In this document: positions 27,695-40,935 of the stretch, piece after piece
Layout of the letters: the number at the start of each line of letters is the position of its first letter
How positions within the stretch are numbered: the stretch's first letter is position 1
Assembly: GCF_018977255.1 (NCBI RefSeq)
Contig: NW_024704743.1
Span: 104,038,001-104,102,000, forward strand
Reading direction: 5' to 3'
DNA length: 64,000 nt
DNA from: Callorhinchus milii
Lineage: Eukaryota
Notes under the pieces: model-generated
What the model was told of the DNA's origin: nothing
Databases searched by the model: none
What the model saw: only the letters and a program-made list of their open reading frames with translations
Translations under genes and position numbers: made by a program

Positions 27695-28869
27695 CTGTAG
27701 GACAAACGACAATTCCACGATGAAAACTCATCTTCAACTATTTCTGAATTTACATTATATAATCACGAATTCAGCAACAGGTTCTTCAAAAAGCTGTCTT
27801 TTTTTCCCCCCCAGGGACAAGTTTAATGCAGCATATTTTAGACTGAAATTGATTCAGTAGTAAAGGTAAACTAAATATGGAATTCTAGATTAGCAAAAGA
27901 GGAGCAAATTCGCCCACAAAATACAGTCAATCTACTTTACAATATAGAATGTGAAGCGCTTTGAGACGTCTCAATGACATGATAAGGCACAATATCAAAT
28001 ACAAATGAATGTCCAATGTGTAGGCCCACTACTAAGTTTGTGAATCCATTATGATTCTTGTGGCAAGAAGCAGATGACAGGTATTTTAAAAGGAACTGCA
28101 ACTAAAGCAAGGGAAGTTAAACATCTCTGAACAGAAAGCGTGACCACACTTTGAATGAACAATATACCATGCAATAACAACATTTTGAAAACTCATAACT
28201 TATAAAAGTCCTTAAAGTGAAAGAATTGAACTACATCACTATCTGGAGCACTGCTGTTTTGTTCTGTCAACATGACTGGGCACAGCATAAACATCGAGTT
28301 ATTTTACATAAAATTCAAGTTTATTATGAAATGTCAATTTCAGGTTGTTTGTATTTACTTGTAACAAAATTCATGCAGATTTTTGAAGTTCAATACTGGA
28401 GATCATTTTTGTTGGGCATAATTTTATGTTTGACACTACTTTTATTATTATGGGGTTCCTCACATAAACTAACAGGCATAAACATAAACATCGATTTTAC
28501 AGGTGCAAATACACCAGTTTGGGGAACTAATTGAGAAAACAGACTAATTGTTGATGTGCAGTAATAACTGATTGCATTCAAAGAAGTACAGTGTTGAAGT
28601 AACAAGGAATCATGCATTATCTAGCAAATAATGGCTAGAGGCAGCGACATTAGGTTGTCAAGAGAATAAATCATGCTGGGTCAAGCACGAAAGGTTGACA
28701 TTATTAGAAATGAATCAATCCTTTCAAAACCAGCCTGGTAGCTTATTAACCAGGATTTAAGCACAGGACTATCAATTAGCTTATCTGTAAATGTTCTAAC
28801 GACTAACATTAATTTCAGCGTAAATGAAAAAAAAGAAAGCATATGGTGCACAATGCTGAAGAAATTTCA

Positions 28870-29200
28870 GCAACAACAGTACAACAATTTGAATTTATAA
28901 GGCACCCTTCATGCAGGATAGCATCTCACAGTGAAAAGGAAGGTCTTCAGGCACAATCTAAAGATGGGCAAGGAGGGGCAAGGTGGAGGAAACAAGGCAG
29001 AGAGTTTCATAGTTTCGGGGCATAGTGGCTGAAGGCAGCAAAAGGGACATACAGAAGGCCGGAGCCAGCTGAGCAAACGTGGTAGGTAGTAGAGTGGAGT
29101 GTAAGCAGGTCAGAGCGGAAGGGAGGTGACAAGGTATGAAGTGATTTGTATGCGAGTGTGAGGATATTCTAATCGATGCATGGGGATCTTGAAATCGATC
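28870..29200 (-). mobile_element. Decayed L2 3' fragment
   Basis: Similar to the L2 3' end and tail. Confidence 0.6.
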
Positions 29201-30364
29201 TGATTTTAAGTAGATTGGATAGAACGATTTGGCATGCAACTTCAAATAAATATCCAATGAATGGCCATTCACTTTAGTAAACCAAAATTCTCCATATGAT
29301 TTTACTACTTGTTGTGCAAATAAAGAGTAAAGGCTGCCTTTAAGGGACTGAGCAGTACAATGTGTTTGAATAATGTACCTTTACCTCTATAATTTGGGTT
29401 CTAAATGCATTACAGGCTGAGGGGAAAGTCTCTTCCATCACAAATGTAAGCATCCTTGTAGGCAAATGTCTACAGGATAATCTGGTCCTAAATTATCAGA
29501 TTCAGTCAAACAGGTCAGAGATAATAGTCAGCGTGGCAAAGGACATTTTTCACAGCAGTATAGCAGTGAGAGGGAGCTTTACTCTGCATCTAACTGAGCT
29601 AATATGGTATCTGGCCTGAAAGTGCAGGATACAGATGGTAGCTGCCAAAATCAGAAGAGCCCAACATTCTTCACATCACGGTGAGGACATAATGCTCAAG
29701 AAATACATTTTTGAAAAGATCCATTTATTCTACAAAGCTCACGCCAGAGTGCAATTTCTAGTGTAAATATTCCACCCATCCACCATTAGTCATACTATAC
29801 TGATATCAAGTTTCAGCTCATTCACCAAGGACAGACATCACTTTGCTGGTCCAAAACTGTCAAGCTTTTGATCTACTCTTTGGCTGTCCAGGCAACATAA
29901 CTTTACTCCTATTCATCGGGTTTTTTTTAAAAAAGAGGTTCAAATGCTGTAAACTTTGGACCGGTACCTGGAGTGAGATTCCTATGATGGCAGTCGGAAT
30001 GGAAAATAAATTAAGATTAACCAATTTATTCCCCCCCAAATAAAACAAAGTTTGTGATGCTTCAGTGACTCACCCAACTTTTTGAAGCAGTATATTAGAC
30101 CCACTAACGGTTGAAAAGAGCTCATGGCTCTAAATCTATAAATACAAACCCTGATCAGAACAGTAAAGAGTTTAAAAAGGGAGCTTCACCAATGGTTACC
30201 TTTTTTGGACATCATTTTAAAAAAACTTAACATTTTCTGCTGATAAAAGAAAATCAGCATGTACAGAAAGGAATGAAAGTGATTGAAAATCACATCAGTA
30301 GGCTTTAGTCCACAGCCTGCAGTAATCATTTCAGTCGTATGTTAAATCGAGTCTCTTATGCTGC

Positions 30365-30812
30365 TGGACACACTCATCTACAAATCACTTCATGTCCTGG
30401 CACCTCCCCATCTCTCCAATCTACACACATTCCACTCCTCTACCTGCCCCCTTTGCTCGGTCAGCACCGGCTTCTGCAAGCCCCTCAACATCACCATCAG
30501 CAGCCGTGATTTCAGCCACTATGATCAAAACCTCTAGAAATCTCTGCCTCAATCCCTCTGCTTTACCCCCTCTTTGCCTGTCTTCAGATCTCATCACTCA
30601 GTCACTCCGCCTCGACCCTCCTTAGCCTCCTTCAAGTCCCACTTCAAGACCCTCCTCAAGACCATGCCATCGGCCACCCACCTTCCTCTCCCCTCCCTTC
30701 CTCCCCCCGCCCCCAAAACCCAGCTCGGGTCTGAAATGCTGTACTCTGTCCAGCGCCTTGGGATGTCCTGCCAACGTGAAAGGCGCTATACAAATGTAAT
30801 CTTGTTGTTGTT
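30365..30812 (+). mobile_element. L2 3' fragment
   Basis: CAGCGCCTTGGGATGTCC...GTGAAAGGCGCTATACAAATG...TTGTTGTTG tail. Confidence 0.8.
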
Positions 30813-33800
30813 GAAGACTTTCCTCTTCGATCGTACCTACAGTCACCTCCCCGTTCTCCCCAACATGAGTCTGATATGTATGAAAGCTGATTGTACTGAA
30901 CACAGTAGCTAGAGCAGCATTTCCCTGATTTATCAGAGACATTTAAAATAATAATGGACAGAAGAAGCAAGAAGTTTAATGAAGTTGTGTGTTGTTAATA
31001 TCAATAAAAAATTATTTTGTTGCTATATCATGCTATACATTTGGTACAACGCCTGTCACATCGGGAGGACGCCCCAAATAGCTTCATACTGTGAAATGTA
31101 GAGTTTGTATTTTTTTAAAAAAGTCAGCTAACCCAGTAGCCAATTTGCTCATTGTAATGTCCTACAAACAGACCCAAAGTGAATGACCAACTTTATTTGT
31201 TGGCCAGGGCAAATAAACCATCTGGGTTAATAACATGGTTCTATCTGAAACAGTTTTCTTTGTCAAAAACCACTGACTTGATTTTTCGCCAATTCCATCA
31301 GTCACCATTTTAGAAATGTGTCCAAAAGCTATGCTATTCCAAAGTGTCTTATGTTTCCTTTTCAAATAAATTGAATTCAGTTTGAAAGATGACACCACAG
31401 TAGCATTTCAGCAATATTTGGCTAAGATGGCCTTAAGTCTCACTTACAGTATGTAAGTCCTTCAAAATAACTTAAAATCAACTGCTATAAAGTGGTAGAG
31501 AAGGATCTCCCTTTCAGATGCATTAAATTCGCCAGATTTAATGCTCGCGATGGGTCTCTGCTACAATCAGCAATTCTTGAGTGGACCATCTATTTGTTGA
31601 GCTAACGTACCAAACAATCACTCACTCCCATTGGTCAAAATAACATTGGAACAGTTTGTGACTCAAAAAATCAAGGCAATATTTTTTAATTAAAATCCTT
31701 GAAAAGGTAATATGTTGGTCAGTCTCCAATTTATTTGAACATGTGAAAAAATTAAACTGGAAAAACAATGCAGAATCAAATTTCGCCCGTTTAAAATTGG
31801 CAACGTGCTCACAAAAACAGCCTTTTGGACAGGAGAAGAAATTATTCCAAAGTATTTACAGTCCAAATTCAGAGACAGCATCTGCTCTGAAATGAATTTT
31901 AGAGTTATGGCACATGAAGTCTTAAAATGGACTAGTTAAGACATTCCCAAACAAGCTTTCCACTTTTAATTTAATTTTACAAAAACACACAGCTACACTG
32001 ACTAACACAACTGGTTCCAAGTGCAGATCAACAGACTGTTACTGGATCACTTTAAAATCAAGTACCGGGAACATGAATTCATTGTTGACAGTTATTGAAT
32101 ACTGTACAAGTTTTCCCCATTTAGAGATCTCCTCCATGGAGTCATGCTTTCCTTCTATTTGCTCACTAAAACAGCAAACGAAAGATTTGAAAATAAAACC
32201 GAGTCAGTCAGACTAAATTGTTAGCATTTTCGCCTTCACTCTCGTTAGACTAATGCTCCAATGCATATATAATATATATACATATAGCTATCTCCTCCCT
32301 AGTTTCCCTGAGGATCTCTGGGTGCAGTCCAGCTGGATCAGGTGCCTTGCCCTCTTTACGTGTAATTCATTTAACGCTTCCCTTCTTCCTATATTAACTA
32401 TTGCGATTTTATACCTTGCTTTTTTTAAATTCACTACATTTTAGAGCAATTTTTGCTGAACGCTTAAGACATGAATGATGCGATAAAACTCTATATCAAA
32501 TGCACAGATTATTATGACTATTATTATCATTAATAAAAGTAAGGCATGTCATCAGTCAAAGTTTTCTTACTTGCAGCCTATTTCAACTACCATTGTAGGT
32601 GTTAGGGAAACAGACAGCAAAATAGAACTCAATATATTTAAAAAATATCTCTCGTTTATTGTCATTTACAAAGTTATAAAACATTTGAGTTGAAGTGAGG
32701 TTATAAAAACACTTGCAGCTTAGGCCATCAGAGAGACAAACTCACCCGGATAAAATGGAAACATTGAACAAACCATTGCTGAAAGTAAATATATTCACAA
32801 CCCCAAATAAATCCAGTCTATTTGATGTTAAAAACTAAAGCAGTGTGGATGTTAATTCACAGCTAATCAATGTCAGAAAAATGAGCTTCAAACCTTTAAA
32901 TTGAGCTCCACAAGTTCCTCAATCTTGACGAAATGCAAGCAATAATTAAGTCCTTCAATCCTTTTCATCTTTCTTTCATCCCACAAGCCATTGTATCTGA
33001 TTGTTTATGCAATAATGCTTTCCGAAACATGAATTTTTACTTAAAAAAAGCAGCATCTGAACGTCAGGCTGATGGGTTAAAGATGCATCAATGCATAATT
33101 GGAATCTATACAATTTAAAACTCAGAAGTGCAAATGGATAAAATAATTGGCCTACCTTACCTGAGATGGAACCAGAATTTTTGTGATTAATTGCATTTTG
33201 AAAATTACAATGAACTAAAGCCATTGGCTGCTTTGGAAATTTCAAATGAAGACATTGAGGAAGAATTACTTAAGCAAATCAGTTTAACAAATCCATATCA
33301 GACTAGAGTATTCTCTTCCTTGTTTTCTTTTTGGATGGGCCTATTTACAATTTTGGATATGAGCGTAAGAAACCTATATATGTTTATGTGTTCAGGTTTC
33401 CATTCCTTCATCACTAAACTTCTGTGTAATCTCTCACTCTGCCAGTCTGTGACTCTACCTCTCGTTTATGTGGTCACACCTTTTTTTCTTATCTCTTTGC
33501 TCACCATATTCACCAGAATGAAAATATCTACCTCAAACAAAATCAAAGGTGAACAAGATGCGCTGATAGGCTGCCCTGTGATTTATGCCACTGATGTCAA
33601 AAGGAAAATATTCTACATACATTGAACAAGTTAAAATGAAATTAAATAACGTCAGTAAAATTGTCATAAGCCACAGATTTGAACATACTGTACTTGTATA
33701 TTTTATATTCATTCAAATAAAAAACAGAGGCGAAACCAATGTGTTGCTCAGTTAGTTGTAATGTTTATGCACCATTTAGAATATTTTAGTTCGGAAATAT

Positions 33801-34721
33801 AGAGAATACCGTCACTGAATTGCATTACATTTGCAATTACTTTTAGCATACTTTTTTGCCTTTTCAATTAAACTATCAGTGATTAGAGGAGCTCCTGGTC
33901 CCAAAGACAAAAGCTTTAAGTAGTCATGGGGAGTCCTCCCGTCATGAAAGGTGCTATATAAATGTAATTTTGTTGTTGTTTAAGTGGATTGTCCTTGGGA
34001 GAAAATGGCATGAGTGGTACAATGTAGATAATTAAAACACAATTATGAGCAGATGGAAGGTTTCAACTATCCTTGTTCATTCCCTGACGTATTCAGCATT
34101 GTGCAAAACCTTTAAATCTCACCATTGGTAAATGTTATTCCGTACAAACAGCACAGTAATAATTACATTATGATACAATCCAATACAGTACCATCAACAG
34201 ATGGCACATCAAAGTACCGGCACAATGCACCTGCAGTTCTTGTCATAATAACAAGCACCTATAATTTCTCCTCCTAAAGCATTACAGATGGTAGCAGCAG
34301 CAGGCCATTATCAGAAACTGAAAATTTACAGCTTTTTAAAAATATGATAATCTGGTCAAGCAACAATAATTTAATGTGCTACAGACGGGGAGTCCCAGAT
34401 TTCACAACCAACTTCGTTCAATGTTCATACTTCATATTTTAGAAGATGGGGTGATTCAACTGAAGCAAGATGATCCAGCACTGGACCCAGCAAAAGCAAG
34501 CTGTTCTACAAATATACAGAACCAAAATATTTTTTAAAGAACTTGCAATCCACAAGTAATGTCTAGTGCAGTGACTGATGTTCACAGGCAAATGCAACAA
34601 CCATTCTGCTTACAAGAAATTCCATAAACAGCCATGATGTGAATGGCTGGTAGGATACTGCGAAAATATCCGCTCTATTTTTAAGTGCCGTGGGACACTT
34701 GAGTGCAGTGCGGGCACGTAT

Positions 34722-34908
34722 GCTAGCTTGGCTCAGGGGTAGCACTCGCATCTTTGAGTCAGAAGGTTGTGGGTTCAAGCCCTATGTCTCTGGACTTGAA
34801 ACTCATACAGTCTAAGCGGACACTCTAGTGCAGTGCTGGATGTGTGCTGCATTGTTGGAGAAGCTGTTCTTCAGATAAAATGTTAAACCGAGGTCCCATC
34901 TGACCGAG
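34722..34908 (+). mobile_element. SacSINE1-like SINE 5' part
   Basis: GGCTCAG...TAGCACTC...TGAGTCAGAAGGTTGTGGGTTCAAG...GTTAAACCGAGG matches the recalled shark SacSINE1 head. Confidence 0.7.
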
Positions 34909-34917
34909 GTGTTTGTT

Positions 34918-35236
34918 ATAATAATAATAATAATCCTTGCATTTAATATAGCGCTTTTTCACGTCTTCTCGACTTCTCAAAGCTCTTCACAGAATATACT
35001 GTAAAGTGAATTGACTGCATATTTGTGGGCGAACGCAGCAGCCAATTGCGCACAGCAGTGTCCCACAACAGTCGTGGATTGAAAATGACCAATTTATTAT
35101 TGTTTCTTTTTTGGAGGGATTATTATTAGGCATGTGGAGTAAGGAAACTTGCCCAAGGTTTCGCCCTGCCTGGAATTGAACCCAGGTGTCTCACTTGCAA
35201 GGCGAGCGCTCTAACCACTGAGACTCAGGACTCCAC
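34918..35236 (-). mobile_element. tRNA-derived Deu-domain SINE
   Basis: Full-length copy. Confidence 0.92.
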
Positions 35237-35440
35237 ATTTCATTTTCATTGTTCATACATTTCATTGCTCATACATGTCAAAGTCTCTGCCTGGTTATAT
35301 AACAAAACACAAAATCTATAAACTGCAGTCTTAATATCAAAGCTAAAAATCAACGTCAGGTCTATCTCAGTCCATTAGCTTTATGATGTGTTTCTATTTC
35401 AGAACATTCTCAGAGTTATGGAACTATTCAAGAATCATTG

Positions 35441-37070
35441 ACAACAACAACAAAATTACATTTGTATAGCGCCTTTCACATCGGGAAGATGTCCCAAAGC
35501 CAGTGTTTTGGAATCGAGCTGGGGTTCGGGATCAGGGCGGGTGGAGTGCAATGGGGGAAGGAGGGTGATCGAAGGCAGGCTCGAAGAGGAGGGTCTTGAA
35601 GGCAGCGAGGCGGAGCAACTGCAGGAATGAGTTCCAGAGGATGGGGGCAGAGTGGCTGAAGGCTCACCCTCCAATGGTGAGGTGGGTGACGCGGGGGACA
35701 TGAAGCAGGCCGGAGCCCACTGAGCGGAGGGAGTGGGCAGGTTGGTAATATTAATAATAATCCTTGCATTTGATATAGCGCTTTTCACGTCTTCTAGACG
35801 TCCCAAAGCGCTTCACAGAATATACTGGAAAGTGAATTGACTGTATATTTGTGGACGAACGCGGCAGCCAATTGCGCAGAGCAATGTCCAACAAACAGTC
35901 GTGGATTGAAAATGACCAATTTATTATTGTTTTGTTTTTTGGAGGGATTATTATTAGGCGTGTGGAGTAAGGAAACTTGCCCAAGGTTTCGCCCTGCCTG
36001 GAATTGAACTCAGGTCTCTCGCTTGCAAAGCGAGCGCTCTAACCACTGAGTTACAGGACTCTACAGGAGGTCGTAGAGGTAGGGGTAGCAAGGCCATGGA
36101 GGGCTTTGAAGGTGAGGACCAGAATCTTGAACTGTATCCTCTGTGTGATGGGAAGCAAGTGGAGTCGGGCGAGAATGGGGGTGATAGGGTCACAGAGCCG
36201 GGTGCGGGAGAGGACATGGGCCACAGAGTTCTGGATGATCTGTAGCCCATGGAGGGAGGAGTTGTGGAGGCCAACAAGCAGGAAGTTTGCGTAGTCAAGC
36301 CTGGATGTTATGAATATGATGTATGTATGAAGGTTTCGGCGGCCTGCGGTGTGAGACAGTGGCGGAAGGCAGAGTTGGGGGAAGGCAGACTGGGTCAAAG
36401 CACTGATGTGAGGTAGAAAGGTTAGTTGAGGGTCAAACAAGATGTCATGGTTCTGGACTGGCTTCGGTAAGGTGGAGTGTGCATCCTCGGATAGTGCAGG
36501 AGTCAATCAGGAGAGCCTCGGTCTTGTTGATGTTCAACTGAAGAAAGTTAGGTCTCATCCAGGACTTGATGTCTGACAGACATTCTGCCAAGACAGCAGT
36601 GATCCTGAGCTCGAGAGTGGAGGCAGAGAGATAGAGTTGGGTGTCATCCACATACCTGTGGAAATTTACCTTATGTCTGCGCGTGATGTCATATAGAGGA
36701 AACATATAGATGTTGAAGAGGAGGGGACCAAGGACAGACCCCTGAGGAATGCCACACGAGAAGGTGCGGGGGCTAGAGGAGAAACCATTTGTGTAGGTGA
36801 AGTGGAGATGTGTGAGAGGAAGGATCTGAACCATTCAAGGAAAGAACCATGAAGGTTGAGGTGAGAGGAGAGGCGGTGAAGGAGGATAGAGTGGTCAACA
36901 GTGTCGAAGGCAGCAGAGTGGTCAAGGAGGACGAGGGAACCCTGGTCGCAGATAGACATTTGTCAATTTGACCAAAGCTGTTTCTGTGCTGTGGGCGGCA
37001 TGGAAACTCGATTGGAGCTGTTCGTGAAATGAGTGATGGGAGAGGACGGAGCGAAACTGAGAAGCAATTA
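35441..37070 (-). mobile_element. 5'-truncated L2 LINE interrupted by a SINE
   Basis: RT fragments (ORFs 36445, 36051, 36666); CAA tail at 35441. Confidence 0.88.
35746..36064 (-). mobile_element. tRNA-derived SINE nested in L2
   Basis: Full-length copy splitting the L2 3' region. Confidence 0.92.
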
Positions 37071-37683
37071 CGCGTTCCAGGACATCAATGGACTATCCAA
37101 TACCCTGAACTGAGATCACGTCAGGTACAGGGTATGTGTTTTTTAGACAAAATGTTTTGGACCCATCTATGTAACACTCTTTTTTTGGTTAGCCTGGAGG
37201 CTGACACGTGCAGAAACCCATCACCATGCTAAAGAGTATCCAAACCAGACAGTTTCATATATGTATGCCACTTACATATGGAAATCTCCGTGCCTAGAAA
37301 TGGAATGGACACTCTTCACTTTGAAGGGACACACCCTACTTACCCAATTCCAGAGTATTGTGTAGGTGGGAAGCACCAAGCTTGGGGACCCTAAACTACT
37401 TGTGCTGCTGGAGTTTAACCAGCTAAAACTACACCGCTCATCATTGAAAGCTCTGTCTGGCAAGCTTGTCAATATTTGTCCAGCTAGGACCACCCTACCC
37501 TTTTGGGCTTTGGCAGGCTGTCATCAGGAATGCTCTGGAGACCTGTAGACCAGCCTACTTCAGGAACTGGACTACCAACGCCATCACAGAGAATTGACTC
37601 GATTCTGACATTCTGGCAAGAAGCATGTCACCTTGGATCCAAGTGATACTCTTAAGCAAGAAAGTTAATGGGATCTTATGCCT

Positions 37684-37961
37684 TATAATAATAATCCAGT
37701 CAGGAGGATGTCCCAAAACGCTTCACAGAACACTGTAAAGTGAATTGACTGTATATATGTGGGCGAACGCGGCAGCCAATTGCGCACAGCAATGTCCCAC
37801 AAACAGTCGTAGATTGAAAATGACCAATTTATTATTGTTTTTGGAGGGATTATTATTAGGTGTGTGGAGTAAGGAAACTTGCCCAAGGTTTCGCCCTGTC
37901 TGGAATTGAACTCAGGTCTCTCGCTTGCAAAGCGAGTGCTCTAACCACTGAGCTACAGGAC
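37684..37961 (-). mobile_element. tRNA-derived SINE (tail deletion)
   Basis: Same family. Confidence 0.9.
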
Positions 37962-38171
37962 AGGATTATAAACAGATAAAGAATATAAAACCAAAGTAGT
38001 GCTGCTCAATCTGTATATACAACAATAACAATAAAATGACATTTATAGAGCGCCTTTCACGTCGGGAGAACACCCCAAAGCGCTGAACAGTCAGGTTTTG
38101 GGGCAAGATTTACTGTAAAGTGTATTGACTGTGTATTTGGAGGTGACTGGCAATACTATTTAAGCCACAGA

Positions 38172-38246
38172 AATATTGTGTCCAGTTTTGAACCGTTTGA
38201 ATATTATGTCCAGTTATGAACCGTTTGAATATTGTGTCCAGTTTTG
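38172..38246. repeat. 28-bp tandem repeat x2.7
   Basis: AATATTGTGTCCAGTTTTGAACCGTTTG units. Confidence 0.85.
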
Positions 38247-38349
38247 CTTTCAAGTGGCATCTTAGATATAGTAAACTACTGATAAATTGTTACTCCAAGA
38301 GGAAAGGGCTCAGTATCACATTATCCAGAAGAGCTTTACCTTTACAGTA

Positions 38350-38490
38350 TATCTGTGCAATTGGCTGCTGCGTTTCGCCCACAAAATACAGTCAATTCAC
38401 TTTGTGTGAAGCGCTTTGAAACGTCTCGAAGACGTGATGAGGCGCTATATCAAATACAAGGAGTGTTATTATTGTTGTTGTTGTTGTTGT
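38350..38490 (+). mobile_element. SINE 3' fragment
   Basis: Core plus tail. Confidence 0.75.
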
Positions 38491-38726
38491 TAAAGCTCAA
38501 CCAGAACTACTAATAATAACCAAAAGGTTACAACAACAATTAATGGGAATTAAAATAAAAATCGTTGTGAGGTTAACACGTGGGGCCATTAAAATAACCG
38601 GAGGGGTATCCCCGGCCCCGCGCCCGGGCCCGAGACCTCACACGCGGGGCCCGGGGCCGGGCCTCGAGCTGTGCCCTCACAGCCCCCCGACCCGGGCCCT
38701 CACCACCGGGGGGGCGGGTTACTCAC

Positions 38727-38819
38727 CAGCCCGTCGATCTGAACCTGTTTGACGGGAGACTCGAGCTGAGCGGCCGCCGCAGCCGCGGATGTCGTCGCAG
38801 CTTCTCTCCTCGCCGCCAT
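38727..38819 (-). CDS. EIF3H: EIF3H coding exon 1 (MAARREAATTSAAAAAAQLESPVKQVQIDGL)
   Basis: Manual translation ends in the conserved VKQVQIDGL; GTGAGT donor at 38726-38721; phase 0 joins exon 2 VVLKIIKH. Confidence 0.95.
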
Positions 38820-39030
38820 TTTCAGAAAGGAACCGGAAGGAAGGAGAGGGGGAGGAGGCGGCAATGTGGGCGGGTTGGGCGGGTTTGGTTGTATTTGCGC
38901 CTGTGGTTTTTTTTAAACCCCCCCCCCTCCACACACACACACACACACACGGCTTCGGGCGGCAACCTAAAGTTTTTATTTGTATCAATTAATGAATTAA
39001 TTAATTTTAAAACCTGCTAAACGGAATATC

Positions 39031-39161
39031 GGGCTAGTATTGGGTGGGTTTGGGTTAGTTTGGGGTGGCTTTGGGCTAGTTTTGGGTGGGTTTGGGCTAG
39101 TTTGGGTGGGTTTGGGCTAGTTTTGGGTGGGTTTGGGCTAGTGTTGGGTGGGTTTGGGCTA
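39031..39161 (+). repeat. Minisatellite, ~6 x 20-22 bp (GGGTGGGTTTGGGCTAGTTTT)
   Basis: Tandem units read directly from the sequence. Confidence 0.92.
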
Positions 39162-39316
39162 CAAACGCGTTGTCACGCCGGAGCGGAAGCGGAAGCGTGG
39201 GGGGGGGGGGGGGGGAAGGTGGTGGAGGAGAGAGTGTGTGAGTCTGTGGACGGTTTAGGCCTCACTCGCGCGCGCTCTCTCTCGCTCTCTCTCTCTCTCG
39301 CTCTCTCGCCACCGCC

Positions 39317-39504
39317 ATGAAGATTAAGCGGCAGAAAACGGCGAAGAAGGTGCTGGGCTTTTATCAGCACAACCTGGGCTTCCGGCAGCCTCACCAGCTG
39401 CTGCTGGACGGCACCTTCTGCCAGGCGGCGCTTCTCCACAAGATCCAGATCAAGGAGCAGATGCCCAAGTACCTGATGGCCGAGGTGCAGCTCTGCACCA
39501 CCGG
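39317..39504 (+). CDS. UTP23: UTP23 exon 1 (PIN-domain SSU processome protein)
   Basis: MKIKRQKTAKK...LLDGTFCQAAL...VQLCTT; GCCACCGCCATG start context; GTAAGT donor; 188 nt. Confidence 0.96.
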
Positions 39505-40709
39505 GTAAGTGCCCCCCCCTCCCCCTCCCTCCCCCCCACCGCGTGCGGTTAACACGGCGGGTGCTGAAACCGCCACAGGTACGGCAGACTGTCTGACAGA
39601 CGGTGGAAGCAGAAAGTGGGGGTTCCTTCGAGCAGGGTTCAGATCGGGCGGATTTCCGTCAGCGAACAAGGATCTCAAGTGCGCAGTTGCCGGACGTGAC
39701 GTGACGTGGCGCGGGCGAGCGACTGGCTGACCCGGGGATGGTGGAAGGCCCAACCGGATGGACCTTTGGCGCGGGGCAGTATCGCGGAGCCACGGCCACA
39801 GCGCCGGAGCCTGACGCTGACCGCGAGCCTGTAAACTGCAACGCCACCAACAGCAGCAACTTGCATTTATATAGCGCCCCGTCACGCGGAGCAGCGTCTC
39901 GGTTGAACTGCTGAAATAAGACCCCCCTTTTGCTTTCGGTTAATTCTCCTTCGTTCACTCTCACTCGGAGGTGGGGGGGTGGGGTTGGGGAGAAGGGGGC
40001 ACTATTATTTTTGAGCCTGTTAATTCTGCAGTTAAACCAATGACAGGTAGGGTTGGGCCAAGCTGGATGAGCAGCGGGAAGCTTAAATAATAATAATAAT
40101 AATAATCCTTGCATTGAATGTCTCAAAGCTCTTCACATGATATTGACCATTTGAAAAATTCATTTCCTTTTCATTTGTTGTAGAGTGAACCGGGCAGTCA
40201 GTTTGCACACAGCGATGACCCTCAAACTGCCACCCAATTCTATCTGGGGGTATTGTTGGCCAAGACATTGGGAGGAACTCTCTTTACTTTCTGAATAGTG
40301 CTATGGGATCTTTAATACACATCTGAACATGCAAGCTTTCCCTTTCATGCTGGCATGTTGTGTGGTTTTAGCTGATGAAACTCCAGCAGCTGTCTTTCTC
40401 CCCCATGTGCATGGTCTGTCCGTTCTCTCCGGGTTTGGTTCCAGCCAACCTGCACGTAATACTCTGGTATTAGGTAAACGGGATACATACTCCGTACCAG
40501 GCAAATGTAAACCTTTCACATGTGGAAATATCAGTGCGTTTGTTTAAAGGCTTGTAGGCACTGTGATGGGTTTCTATTTGTGAGACGCCAAGCTGACAAA
40601 AAAATCCATAAATCCTGACATAAAACTTCAATCCACCTTGTACTTTGCACTGATATAGAGCGAGAAACGTACCTACTGAAACATTGTATTGTTTGTTTCT
40701 GTTTTCCAG

Positions 40710-40884
40710 CTGTGTTCTGAAAGAATTAGAATCACTCGGAGAAGAAGTGTACGGGGCAAAATTAATCGCCCAACGATTTCAAGTTAGAAGTTGTCCACAT
40801 TTTAAAAATCCAGTTGCCGCCTCAGTTTGTTTGTTGTCAATGGTTCAAAACAACAACCCTCATCATTACTTTGTCGCCACACAG
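40710..40884 (+). CDS. UTP23: UTP23 exon 2
   Basis: CVLKELESLGEEVYGAKLIAQRFQVRSCPH...HHYFVATQ; pyrimidine tract + CAG, GT donor; 175 nt. Confidence 0.96.
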
Positions 40885-40935
40885 GTATTTTTTCCCATCC
40901 TGTAATGGGAGAATGTTGATATTTATTATCTAATT

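Larger units (their letters stand above)
38590..39900. promoter_or_regulatory. CpG island / bidirectional promoter EIF3H-UTP23
   Basis: High GC and CpG content; head-to-head ATGs at 38819 and 39317; CGGAAG ETS motifs at ~38834 and in tandem at ~39184-39195; YY1-like CGCCATTTT at 38814-38822. Confidence 0.88.

Noticed and set aside
39031..39161. Telomeric repeat or CRISPR array
   Set aside because: The unit is not TTAGGG, there are no unique spacers, and the context is eukaryotic.
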